Origin: a virus
IMG/VR virus record: IMGVR_UViG_3300015242_000001
Strand: one strand, 5' to 3'
Length of the DNA stretch: 64,000 bases
A model generated the notes under the pieces. The model had not been told where the DNA came from. It did no database searches and was given only the letters and a program-made list of their open reading frames with translations. The position numbers were made by a program, and so were the translations under genes. Below are positions 1 to 9,380 of this stretch, one piece after another. Each line of letters starts with the position of its first letter. Positions within the stretch are counted from its first letter, which is position 1.

Positions 1-1
1 A

Positions 2-748
2 ATGTACGAAGCTCCTGTAATGGGGGCACCCAGAGGTTTGTACGTGGCGGGAATTGATCCATATAAGCAGGACCAGGCTAAATATTCTGATAGCCTGGGT
101 GCCGTCTATATTTTTAAGCGTATCCATGATATTAAATCTGAGAAATATCAAGATATGATCGTGGCCCAGTATGTAGGTAGGCCGGAATCAATGATTACAT
201 GGTATGAAACTACTAGAAACCTATTAAAATACTATAATGCAATTGCCCTATGTGAAAATGAGGATTATGGTTTTATACAGTACATGCTCTCTAAACATGA
301 AGGACATTATCTATCAGATCAGCCGGAATGGTTGAAGGATGTAATCCCTAACTCGAAAGTAAACAGGACAAAGGGTATACATGCCAATATAAAAATAATC
401 AATTACATAAATGGATTATTAAAAGAGTATACAGAAGAGGTAATTTCTACAGATAGAGATGAATCTGGAGTAATAATAAAAGAAGTAATAGGGATGTCGA
501 AGATACTTGACATCATGTTACTTGAAGAAATTATAAAATTTGGAGAAGGAAACTTTGATAGAATCCGGGCTATAGCACTCGCGATAGCAATGGCAAGGCA
601 CCTAGATCCCATTTATAAAGTATCTGAAGAAAATGGTGATCCTCGTTACAAATCCTATTTTGAAAAGAATAAGAATAAACCTCAATTATTCAAGGAAACC
701 AGAACCCCAATAAGAGATAAAACAAGAATTAAGCGCTTATTTAAATAG
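2..748 (+). CDS. terL: Terminase large subunit, C-terminal nuclease domain (5'-truncated by window edge)
   Basis: RNase H-like motifs YVAGIDPY...DSLG, LCENE and NFDR; lies directly upstream of the portal as in crAss-like phages. Confidence 0.85.
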   Translation: MYEAPVMGAPRGLYVAGIDPYKQDQAKYSDSLGAVYIFKRIHDIKSEKYQDMIVAQYVGRPESMITWYETTRNLLKYYNAIALCENEDYGFIQYMLSKHEGHYLSDQPEWLKDVIPNSKVNRTKGIHANIKIINYINGLLKEYTEEVISTDRDESGVIIKEVIGMSKILDIMLLEEIIKFGEGNFDRIRAIALAIAMARHLDPIYKVSEENGDPRYKSYFEKNKNKPQLFKETRTPIRDKTRIKRLFK

Positions 749-754
749 TACTAC

Positions 755-3325
755 GTGGCTATTATAACCCATACTAAAGAACAACCTAATTACCTCCAAT
801 ACCTAAATAACTACCCCAATCAAAGAGTTTCTGATAAAGTGAAACAATCTGATGATTGGGTGAAGAATACAATGGATTACTTTGAGAGTGAAGGATTAAA
901 ACAATACTTCAGGAATAAGGAAACATTTGCAAAGAACTACAACCTAGTCAAAGGTATCCTCACCAGGGAAGATTTCTTTGAGGAGCCAGAGGTAAAATCA
1001 TTGGTTGATACAATACTTGCCGGAGAAGAACTTCCTTCATATGTAAAACACTACCCTATACTGAACCCTCCTATCAATTCCATGGTAGGAGAAATGTCTA
1101 AGCGTCCTGACAATGCTAAAGTAAAAGCAGTTGATAGTGATTCCCAAAGTCAGGAATTACAGTTTAAAACCGATATCCTTATACAATATGCAACTCAGGT
1201 AATTAAGCAAATCAATATAAATAAAGCAGCTCAACAGGGGTTGGATATCAATTCTCCAGAGGTTATGGATCAAGTTGATCAATTAACTTCTCAAAAAGTA
1301 CAGGAGGAAATAGATAATTATACATCAACAGCAGAAAAATGGGCCAATAAGATATTAGAATCTTGTAAGATAGATTTCAATATGAAAGAACTCTCAGAAG
1401 AAGGAATGAGAGATTTAACAATTGGCTCCAGGGAATTCTTCCACATTTTTGAAGATAATTCAAATCTTGGATTCAGTGTAGAGTGTGTAAACACTAAAAA
1501 AGTATGGGGTCTAAAAGTTCAGGATAAAAAATATAGTAGGGATTGGTATGCAGGTGGAATAGTGGATGTGATGGAATTGTCAGAGATTATTCACAAGTTT
1601 GATCTTACAGAAGAAGAGATAGATAATCTTGAAAATAAGGTAAAGGAAAATAATCTCATCTCCCCCAAAGAGTCCAATTTATTCAATGGTAAAAGTGGTT
1701 TAAGTTCAATTGACTATAATACTTATGACCCAACTGTAGTTAGGGAGAGGATGTTGGCAGAGGCTGACCTAATGGCAGATGGTCCTTCCATCGATGACTT
1801 CTTAGGGACAAATAGTCGTACTTCAGCTCATGGATCGAAATTCACTGTAAATCAAAACTATTGGATTTCTAAAAAGAAAGTAGGTAAACTTACCTATGTA
1901 GGAGAAAATGATCAAATTCAATCTCTACTTGTTGATGAAAACTATAAAAAAATAGATACTCAGATATCTATTGAATGGACATGGGAAAACCAGTGGTATA
2001 AGGGGGTCAAAATTGGCCCAGAGGTATATAAAGTAGCCCCATTCTATCTCCTGGACTACTTACCTATAATTGGAGTAATTCATGAAATAAAGAATGTCGA
2101 TGAGGCAAGATCCCTTGTGGACTTAATGAAACCTCTCCAAGTTATCTATAACATCTGCTGGAACCAGATATTCAGACTACTAGAGAAGGAAATTGGTAAT
2201 GTATTCTTGGGCTCATTGCGACATATCCCTACCGCAAAAGATGGAGATCCACAGGATTCTGAAGAAGTGTGGATGATGGAAGCCATGGAGAAAGGTATTC
2301 TTATGGTGGATGACTCTCCGGAGAACTTAAAAGCTCCTTCAGCATTTAATCAGTTCAAGAATATTGATTTAACTCGTTCTGCTGAAATTCAGTCAAGAGT
2401 CAATCTTGCAGTTCAGGTTAAGCTGGAATGTTGGGAATTAGTCGGCTTCTCTCAGCAACGACTGGGTAAAGTTCAGGCTACCGAGACAGCTACCTCTACA
2501 AATGCTGCCCTTGATGCGTCATATACTCAAACAGCTCCTTATTTCGTGCAACATGAGTATGTAATGAACCAAGTATATCAGGGTATTGTGGATGCAGCCC
2601 AGTATGTACAATCTCAAAATCCCCTGTCTACCCTATCTTATATAACGAATGAAGGTGAAAACTCTTTCATACAGGTAACTGGGGCAGAAATCCGTCTCCC
2701 TGATCTTAAAGTATTTGTTACCTCCCGTGCTGAAGATCAGAAATTCTTCCAGGATCTTAGAAATCTAAGTCAAAGTCTAGTTCAAAATGGAGCTACTCCT
2801 TATGAAATAGCAGAAGTATATTCTACTAATTCTGTCAGGCAGATAAAGAAGATTTTAAAATCTGTTAAAGAAAAGAATGAGCAACTCCAGCAACAAGATT
2901 ATCAACTAAAAGAAGCTCAACTCCAGCAGCAGCAACAACAATTCATTGCCCAGCAACAAGCCCAATCTGCCGAAAAACAACAAGATATCTTTAATGAAAA
3001 TTATCAAAAACAATTAGACAGAATTTCAGCAGAACGCATCGCAGTTATTCAAACATCAAAAAATCAAGGCTCTAGTGTAAATGCCTCAACGCCAGTATTG
3101 GATATAACTTCTCTAAACTCATTAAATCAGCAAGAAATCAATGCAACTAATCAATATAACCTCCAAACACAAAAATTGGCTGCTGATCAAAAGAAACAAA
3201 CAGAACAACATGCAACTGAAAGTGAGTATCTGAAAATAGAAAAAGAAAAATTAAAGTTAAAAGGTGAAGAAATAGCTTCTAAAGAAAGGATAGCCAAGGC
3301 CAACAAAAATAAATTTGATAAGTAG
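755..3325 (+). CDS. Portal protein (crAss-like, 856 aa)
   Basis: Position between terminase and capsid genes; size; YVKHYPILNPPINSMVGE-type N-terminal motif; Gln-rich coiled-coil C-terminus. Confidence 0.85.
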   Translation: MAIITHTKEQPNYLQYLNNYPNQRVSDKVKQSDDWVKNTMDYFESEGLKQYFRNKETFAKNYNLVKGILTREDFFEEPEVKSLVDTILAGEELPSYVKHYPILNPPINSMVGEMSKRPDNAKVKAVDSDSQSQELQFKTDILIQYATQVIKQININKAAQQGLDINSPEVMDQVDQLTSQKVQEEIDNYTSTAEKWANKILESCKIDFNMKELSEEGMRDLTIGSREFFHIFEDNSNLGFSVECVNTKKVWGLKVQDKKYSRDWYAGGIVDVMELSEIIHKFDLTEEEIDNLENKVKENNLISPKESNLFNGKSGLSSIDYNTYDPTVVRERMLAEADLMADGPSIDDFLGTNSRTSAHGSKFTVNQNYWISKKKVGKLTYVGENDQIQSLLVDENYKKIDTQISIEWTWENQWYKGVKIGPEVYKVAPFYLLDYLPIIGVIHEIKNVDEARSLVDLMKPLQVIYNICWNQIFRLLEKEIGNVFLGSLRHIPTAKDGDPQDSEEVWMMEAMEKGILMVDDSPENLKAPSAFNQFKNIDLTRSAEIQSRVNLAVQVKLECWELVGFSQQRLGKVQATETATSTNAALDASYTQTAPYFVQHEYVMNQVYQGIVDAAQYVQSQNPLSTLSYITNEGENSFIQVTGAEIRLPDLKVFVTSRAEDQKFFQDLRNLSQSLVQNGATPYEIAEVYSTNSVRQIKKILKSVKEKNEQLQQQDYQLKEAQLQQQQQQFIAQQQAQSAEKQQDIFNENYQKQLDRISAERIAVIQTSKNQGSSVNASTPVLDITSLNSLNQQEINATNQYNLQTQKLAADQKKQTEQHATESEYLKIEKEKLKLKGEEIASKERIAKANKNKFDK

Positions 3326-3326
3326 T

Positions 3327-4184
3327 ATGTCTATTATTTATAAAACTACAAATCTAATAAATGGTAAAATTTATATTGGACAATCGGTTAGTAATCATCA
3401 AAACTATTTAGGTAGTGGGGTAGCTTTAGAACTAGCTGTAAAAAAATATGGGAAACCTAATTTTTCAAAAGAAATTTTAGAAGAAGGAGATTTTTGTATA
3501 GAAAAGTTAAATGAGCTTGAAATACATTATATCGATATTTATAACAGTACTAATAAAAAAATTGGGTATAACATTTGCCGTGGTGGGGGAAACAACTATC
3601 AAAACCACTCCAATAGAAAAAAAGAAAAACCGCGTCCCCCTATGAGCGAAGAGAGAAAACACGCTATCGCCACTGGTATAAAAAAATATTGGAGTAATTC
3701 GGTAACAAGAGAAAGAGAAAGTTTAAATAGAAGCATCAGACTCAAAGGAAGAAAAGTTTCTGAAGAAACTAGACAAAAAATATCCAAAAGTAATAAAGGA
3801 AGAAAAGGAAGTCAAGAAAAAATACCAACATCTTTATATACAATAAAAGGAGAACAGCTATTAAATTTTGAAAGTATAGTGGAATGTGCTAGTTATTTAA
3901 ATGTCCACGACAGTAACATAGTAAATTGTATAAAAGGAAAGCATTCAAATTGTAAAGGCTATGTGATAGTTAAAAGAGGAGACCCTTTTAAATATAATGA
4001 ACCTGATCCCAGAAGTAGCGTAAAAATAGAAATGGTAGATCGAAGCGGAAATTTAATAACAAAGTTTAAATCGAAAAAAGAAGCCTATAATTATTTAGGG
4101 GTTAGTAGTCATACTTTTGATAGATACCTAAGCGGTAAACGTACGAGATTTAATACAGACAATATTTTTAGATGTTCAGAATAA
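3327..4184 (+). mobile_element. Free-standing GIY-YIG homing endonuclease with NUMOD3 and NUMOD1-like DNA-binding repeats
   Basis: IIYKTTNLINGKIYIGQS...YLGSG...ELEIHYI...GYNI; KGRKVSEETRQKISKSNKG (NUMOD3); two C-terminal F-x-S-x-x-E-(C/A) helical repeats; in-frame ATG at 3327 preferred over TTG at 3315. Confidence 0.9.
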
Positions 4185-4196
4185 AAACCATATTAT

Positions 4197-4514
4197 ATGT
4201 ATTTAGAAGTAAAAGCTAAAAACCTAAAAGTAGACGAATCTAACATTGGTAAGTTATATGATGAAGTAGACTCTCCAGTATTTTTATGGGGACCATTACA
4301 CCTTAAACCAGAAGATATCAATCGGGTATGGGGTACTTCTAAAACTACTTCAGTTATACTCCTATATAGTGGAGAATTAATATTAGCCAAGGAGTACCAT
4401 AGGGATTTAGTCAAAAAATTAGATGAATTAGAAAAGTTAGCAAGAGAACAAGGTGAAGAACCAGAAAGTCAATTAGAAGACCTGGAAGATGAAGATTTGG
4501 AAGAAGAAGACTGA
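4197..4514 (+). CDS. Hypothetical protein with acidic C-terminal tail
   Basis: 105-aa ORF filling the gap, ATG after an A-rich leader. Confidence 0.6.
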   Translation: MYLEVKAKNLKVDESNIGKLYDEVDSPVFLWGPLHLKPEDINRVWGTSKTTSVILLYSGELILAKEYHRDLVKKLDELEKLAREQGEEPESQLEDLEDEDLEEED

Positions 4515-4569
4515 GTTATCATCAATTAAATGAATGTAAATTTTCCCTTAGCTATATAATGGTTCATTT

Positions 4570-4586
4570 CTAATAAATTATATTAG
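4570..4586. promoter_or_regulatory. Palindromic box CTAAT-N7-ATTAG (also at 28514-28530, 52947-52963, 60795-60811; TTAAT variant at 41090-41106)
   Basis: Same spaced inverted repeat found at all five promoter regions identified. Confidence 0.6.
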
Positions 4587-4593
4587 TTTTTAC

Positions 4594-4624
4594 TTTGTAA
4601 AGTAATTAATTCACCATATCTTTG
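4594..4624 (+). promoter_or_regulatory. Bacteroidota-type primary sigma promoter for scaffold/capsid genes
   Basis: TTTG (4594-4597)-N19-TATCTTTG (4617-4624), a full match to the TTTG/TAnnTTTG consensus. Confidence 0.75.
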
Positions 4625-4669
4625 ATATATCGTTTGAAAAACCAACCCCCTATTTAACCCCAAATACAT

Positions 4670-5914
4670 ATGGCAGAAAGAAGAGGTTTTGAAACCACTA
4701 ATGAACTCCCTCTCAATTTAGGTATAGAAGAAACAGAACTAATAGACTCTTCGGATCTTGATTCTTTTCTTTCTGATGCAGACCCCAAAGAAGTAACCCC
4801 CGTTAACCTTGAAAAAGAAGAGTCTCCTAAAGCATCAGAAAAGAAGGAATCCCCTAAAGTTAAATCCATGAAACAATCTCCTATTGAAGAAGAGGAAGAA
4901 GTTGATGTGGATTCATTTTTAGATGATGAGGAAGTTGAAGAAGAGGAAGAAAAACCTAAAGAAAAGAAATCTAAAGAAGAAGAGAAAAAAGACCCCGAAG
5001 AAACTCCTACCACAGAGGATGAATACAATCCCTTCTCAGAATTCGGTAAAGAACTCTATAGTTTAGGTGTCTTAGCAAAAGGTGAAAATGGAGAAGAACC
5101 TGAAATACTTACAGGTGAGCAATTACTTGAAGCAATCCAGGAAGAAAAGAGGAGTGGTGCATATCAGGTATTAGATAGTTACTTAGGTAGGTTTGGTGAA
5201 AAACACAAGAATTTCGTACTGGCTGTATTAGAAGGGGTAGCCCCAGAAGAATACTTTTCTGCATATAGTAAAATAGAAGCCTTTAGCAATTTAGATATTA
5301 CAGTAGAGGATAATCAGAAAGCAATTTTCAGAGAATTTTATAAAGGTCAAGGACTGAAGTCTGAAAAAATTGAAAAACTGCTTCAAAAATCTATAGAAGA
5401 CGGTGATTTAAAGGAAGACGCTACCGATTATCACCAGATACTTGTTGATAAAGAATCTAAATCCCTGGAAGACATTAAAGCTAAAAAAGCTCAGGAATTA
5501 GGTCAAAAAGAACAACAGAAAAGAGTTTACGAAAATAGTATCCGTACCATTCTTACAAATAAAATAAAGGAAAAGGAATTTGATGGTATCCCTGTAAATA
5601 ATGATGTAGCTAATAACGCTTACGATTATCTCTACACTGAGAAATACCAACTGCCATCAGGAGAACTACTTACAGAATTTGATAGGTTTTTCTTGGACTT
5701 GAAACGTCCTGAAAATCATGAAATGAGAGTAAAAGTTGCTCTGTTGGCCTTGAACAACTTCAATTTAAGTGTTGTTAAACCCAGTATAATTACGAAAGAG
5801 ACTAACGAATTGTTTGCTAATCTTCAGAAGAAAAGTAAAAAATCCCAATCCCCTGCTACAAAACAAACTGCTTCAACTCCTACAAAGAAGTTCCAGTTTA
5901 CCCACCCCGAATAA
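4670..5914 (+). CDS. Acidic scaffold-like protein preceding the major capsid gene
   Basis: Very Glu/Asp/Lys-rich low-complexity N-half; conserved position upstream of the capsid gene in crAss-like phages. Confidence 0.65.
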   Translation: MAERRGFETTNELPLNLGIEETELIDSSDLDSFLSDADPKEVTPVNLEKEESPKASEKKESPKVKSMKQSPIEEEEEVDVDSFLDDEEVEEEEEKPKEKKSKEEEKKDPEETPTTEDEYNPFSEFGKELYSLGVLAKGENGEEPEILTGEQLLEAIQEEKRSGAYQVLDSYLGRFGEKHKNFVLAVLEGVAPEEYFSAYSKIEAFSNLDITVEDNQKAIFREFYKGQGLKSEKIEKLLQKSIEDGDLKEDATDYHQILVDKESKSLEDIKAKKAQELGQKEQQKRVYENSIRTILTNKIKEKEFDGIPVNNDVANNAYDYLYTEKYQLPSGELLTEFDRFFLDLKRPENHEMRVKVALLALNNFNLSVVKPSIITKETNELFANLQKKSKKSQSPATKQTASTPTKKFQFTHPE

Positions 5915-5948
5915 GAAAATAATTAAAAAATAAAATCTCTATACTAAA

Positions 5949-7499
5949 ATGGCTTTAAATACAATTGCCGGTTTTAATAATGGTTTTGTTGCCCGTAGAG
6001 TTTCCTCTATGGACAAACGTGTAGTCGGTAAACTGACCGATTCTAACCACTTGGAATCCCTTCATATGGAGTCCCCGACAAAATATGATAAAAATGTAAT
6101 ATCTATATACACCCAGTCTTCTCTGTTCTCAAATGATTTGACGGATATGATTAATAAATCACGTCCTTTTTATCTCAAGAGCAACTCTGATTACTGGAGC
6201 TGGGATGTAGATGTTCCGTTTGCATATCCTAAGATTATAGAGATCCCGGCAGAAACAGATAATCTAGCTAAACCTGGTATCGACGGTCAGGAATTTTCTG
6301 TGGTGTTGGATACAGGCTATTTTGTAGCAAATGATGTAATTACCTCCCATAGGATATATTCCCAAGAATGGAAAGTAATTTCTGATCCTGCTCCATATAA
6401 TACTGGCTACTTGTATAAATTCACTCTGTTGTCAAACAACCCCAAAGTAGAATTTGTTCCAAAGCAGTGGTTATTGGTAGGTCTTGAACTGGAAAAAATT
6501 AACCACATGACTGGTGAGTTTGATAAGAAGTTGTCAAGCCTTGGTCCTCTTGGTGATAAAATCACATTGTTTGAAAGCCTCTCCGCTGGTTATGGTGTAG
6601 AACATACCGTAACTAAAGCAGCCATGGCTCGTACTTTAAAAGATGATAAAGGCCAACCTTTGGATCTCATTGTGTACATGGAAAATCGCAGGAACGAACC
6701 TGGGAAGAAATATGACGGTCCTATTTTGTGGGAACCGTTTATCGAATCTCAGATGCGTAGAGAAATGCTCATGATGAGGAATAAGCGAAACATCTGGTCA
6801 AAAGGCGGTACTGCTAAAACCAATGGTAGCAAACAAGAAATTAAAAAGAATCCTAAAGGTATATATTATCAGATCCGTAACAACGGCCATCTGGTTCAGT
6901 ATAATCGTGGACAGTTCTCTATAGCATTACTTCGTGATGTATTTGGTGATTTGTTCTATCGTAGGGTTCCTGCTGCCAAACGTAAAGTTAAAATGTTTAC
7001 CAATGAAGCTGGTATGGAAGTTTTCCGTACAGCAGCTAAAAATGATGCTCTGGCGCAAGGTCTGACTATCATTGCCGATGAACGCTTTATTAAAGGTGGT
7101 GGTCAGAGGATGATTCTGGATTGGGGCTTTGATGGTGTCGTAACCGCAGAAACTGGTAATATTGAAGTTGTCCATCTGATGGAACTCGATCTGCCGCAGT
7201 TGAACGGTGAATTTAGCCGCAACAAAAAATCCCCCCCGGTATTCTTAGTATTTAACGTTTCTCCTGATTCTGATGGTACTCTTACAGATAATATCCGCGA
7301 AGTACGTCATGAAAAAGAAGCAAGTATGACTTGGGGTTATGTAGATGGTCGTATCCATCACTTAGGACATGCTGCATCAAAAGGTATGCAATCAGCTAAC
7401 TCCGATCCTTGGTATAAAATCTGGATGGAAGATCGTTCTGACCTGTTTATCGAAGATTTGTCAACCGCAGTATTAATAGAGGAAATTCCTCAGTTATAA
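5949..7499 (+). CDS. Major capsid protein (crAss-like HK97 fold)
   Basis: 516 aa; LTDSNHL N-terminal motif; codon bias typical of a highly expressed gene (cgt, ggt, ctg); synteny. Confidence 0.85.
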   Translation: MALNTIAGFNNGFVARRVSSMDKRVVGKLTDSNHLESLHMESPTKYDKNVISIYTQSSLFSNDLTDMINKSRPFYLKSNSDYWSWDVDVPFAYPKIIEIPAETDNLAKPGIDGQEFSVVLDTGYFVANDVITSHRIYSQEWKVISDPAPYNTGYLYKFTLLSNNPKVEFVPKQWLLVGLELEKINHMTGEFDKKLSSLGPLGDKITLFESLSAGYGVEHTVTKAAMARTLKDDKGQPLDLIVYMENRRNEPGKKYDGPILWEPFIESQMRREMLMMRNKRNIWSKGGTAKTNGSKQEIKKNPKGIYYQIRNNGHLVQYNRGQFSIALLRDVFGDLFYRRVPAAKRKVKMFTNEAGMEVFRTAAKNDALAQGLTIIADERFIKGGGQRMILDWGFDGVVTAETGNIEVVHLMELDLPQLNGEFSRNKKSPPVFLVFNVSPDSDGTLTDNIREVRHEKEASMTWGYVDGRIHHLGHAASKGMQSANSDPWYKIWMEDRSDLFIEDLSTAVLIEEIPQL

Positions 7500-7510
7500 A
7501 ATAAACAGAA

Positions 7511-7636
7511 CTCATCACCGCTACCCGTAAGAACAGCGTCCCAGGATGAGGCATTTAAAATCCCTCCTAAAGGATTGAGTATCCTCAGTCGCCAGGATCT
7601 TGGCAGATAATCACATCTTCTGCCAAGGTTTTCTGG
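7511..7636 (+). other. GC-rich multi-hairpin intergenic element after the capsid gene
   Basis: CTCATC/GATGAG (7511-16/7545-50) enclosing CGCT/AGCG; AATCC/GGATT; perfect CTTGGCAGA/TCTGCCAAG (7599-7607/7619-7627) extended by CCAG/CTGG. Confidence 0.5.
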
Positions 7637-7639
7637 AAA

Positions 7640-8629
7640 ATGAAAAACCAACAAACTAACTACATTATGGGTAAACAAGGTAAAATAAGTATCCTGAAGA
7701 AAGAATACGCTGATCCGAAGAGTATTGAAGGCTCACTTGCAGCACTTGGTCGTCACAAATTTCCTATGACCGCAGATCGTATCGTTCCTTATAAAGAGAA
7801 AGATGGTAGTTATAGAACTGGTTTAGATGAAAACGCTTTATATATTAAGCGAATGAAACCAGAAGAACAAGTTATTGAGAAGGCAAGAGCAAAGGCAGAG
7901 AGAAAAAGATTGGAGGATGCTACTGGTTTAGACTTGGGTCCAAAATCTGACTACTATGTAAAAATGTTTGATGAGAACTTTGGAAATGCTAATAGGGCAA
8001 TTATAGTAAGACTTCCAGGTAGTGATACAATATTTAATCTTGAAGATAACAGTGATGCTATCACATATGCATGGGTTAGTAGACATCCTTCAATAGCCAG
8101 ATCATTTGAACACTGGGAAAAAGGAGATGTTGAAGATCATAGAGTAAGGTTTTATGTAAATGACACCAATATCGAAGCTGAACTGGTTTATAAAAAGGAA
8201 CATAAGATCAATAAAACCGTTCGTAAAATGGAAGATCTTGATCCTGAAAAGAAACGTAAAGTAGCTCGTTTGTTAGGTCTGCCAGTATCAGACAATACAT
8301 CTGAAATTGTTATCTACAACGAATTAAATAAGTACATAAAAACTGGAGAAGTGCAATTTGGTGAACATAAAGGAAGCGATTCTATTACAATGTTCGAACT
8401 CTTTGCTGACATGCAAAATGAAAATTTGAGTCTCCATGATCTCGCTCATCAGTTACTTACACATTCTGTATACCGCAGGAAACAAGGTGGTAGAATTTAT
8501 GACGGTGAAGTAAAAGTATTTGACTCTCTGGAAAAACTTATTGAATTCCTTGCAATTCCTGAAAACTCAGAAGACTTGTTTGCCCTAAAAGAAAGATTGA
8601 AAGCTAAGAAATCAATATTACAAGACTAA
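7640..8629 (+). CDS. Conserved crAss-like virion protein downstream of the capsid gene (start may be ATG 7667)
   Basis: 329-aa ORF, synteny, TAATG coupling to the next gene. Confidence 0.65.
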   Translation: MKNQQTNYIMGKQGKISILKKEYADPKSIEGSLAALGRHKFPMTADRIVPYKEKDGSYRTGLDENALYIKRMKPEEQVIEKARAKAERKRLEDATGLDLGPKSDYYVKMFDENFGNANRAIIVRLPGSDTIFNLEDNSDAITYAWVSRHPSIARSFEHWEKGDVEDHRVRFYVNDTNIEAELVYKKEHKINKTVRKMEDLDPEKKRKVARLLGLPVSDNTSEIVIYNELNKYIKTGEVQFGEHKGSDSITMFELFADMQNENLSLHDLAHQLLTHSVYRRKQGGRIYDGEVKVFDSLEKLIEFLAIPENSEDLFALKERLKAKKSILQD

Positions 8630-9351
8630 TGATCCCTGCTGAGAGGCTTTATTATAAAACAACGATGAGGTTTAATAACCTAGCCTCCAATGTCCACCAA
8701 GATATTCCAAGAACAGATTGGGCCTTGGCAGCAAATGAAGCACAAATAAAACTTGTAAAAAAGAAGATTGGATTAAATAATAACTACGGATTAGGTTATG
8801 ACGGCTTCAGAAAGAGATATGAAGATTTGCAGGGTTTAGTGGTTCCTCATATTAAAGTATCTCTTTCAGATGACAAAACATTAAATAATAGATGGTCAAG
8901 TAGTGAAAAAACTACCGAACTCACCCCAGAATATTTAATGTACAGTGACATCTACATCACAGCAACGAAAGAAAAATGTGTTGATAGAGTGTTAACTGTA
9001 AATGTAATTAAACACGCTGACCTCCCAGTTCTCTTAAAAAATACCCACTACACCCCATCATTCGAGTATCAGGAAACATTAGGAACTATCTCAAATAATA
9101 AGTTTGAAGTTTATACTGACAGTTCCTTTACCCCCCAAGATTTATATATCTCCTACATAAAGTATCCTACAAAGATTGATATAGAAGGTTATACAGATTT
9201 TGATGGTAATGAATCTAAAAATCAGGATTGTGAACTCCCTGAATTTCTTGAAGATGAACTACTCGATTTGATTACAATGGAATTAGGTATGGATACTGAA
9301 AATTACAATGCCATACAAAACTCCCAAATAAGATCACAAACTAACGAATAA
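8629..9351 (+). CDS. Tail ring / tubular-type protein
   Basis: N-terminal helical motif (DWALAANEAQIKLVK) and C-terminal CELPEFLEDELLDL, resembling crAss ring proteins; distant paralogue of 29979. Confidence 0.6.
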   Translation: MIPAERLYYKTTMRFNNLASNVHQDIPRTDWALAANEAQIKLVKKKIGLNNNYGLGYDGFRKRYEDLQGLVVPHIKVSLSDDKTLNNRWSSSEKTTELTPEYLMYSDIYITATKEKCVDRVLTVNVIKHADLPVLLKNTHYTPSFEYQETLGTISNNKFEVYTDSSFTPQDLYISYIKYPTKIDIEGYTDFDGNESKNQDCELPEFLEDELLDLITMELGMDTENYNAIQNSQIRSQTNE

Positions 9352-9380
9352 TATAAAACTAACTTAAATCTAAGAATAAA

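Noticed and set aside
3327-4184. Group I intron interrupting the portal gene
   Set aside because: The portal ORF is full length and ends at its own stop; the downstream ORF does not look like a portal continuation; almost no non-coding flank is available for a ribozyme core
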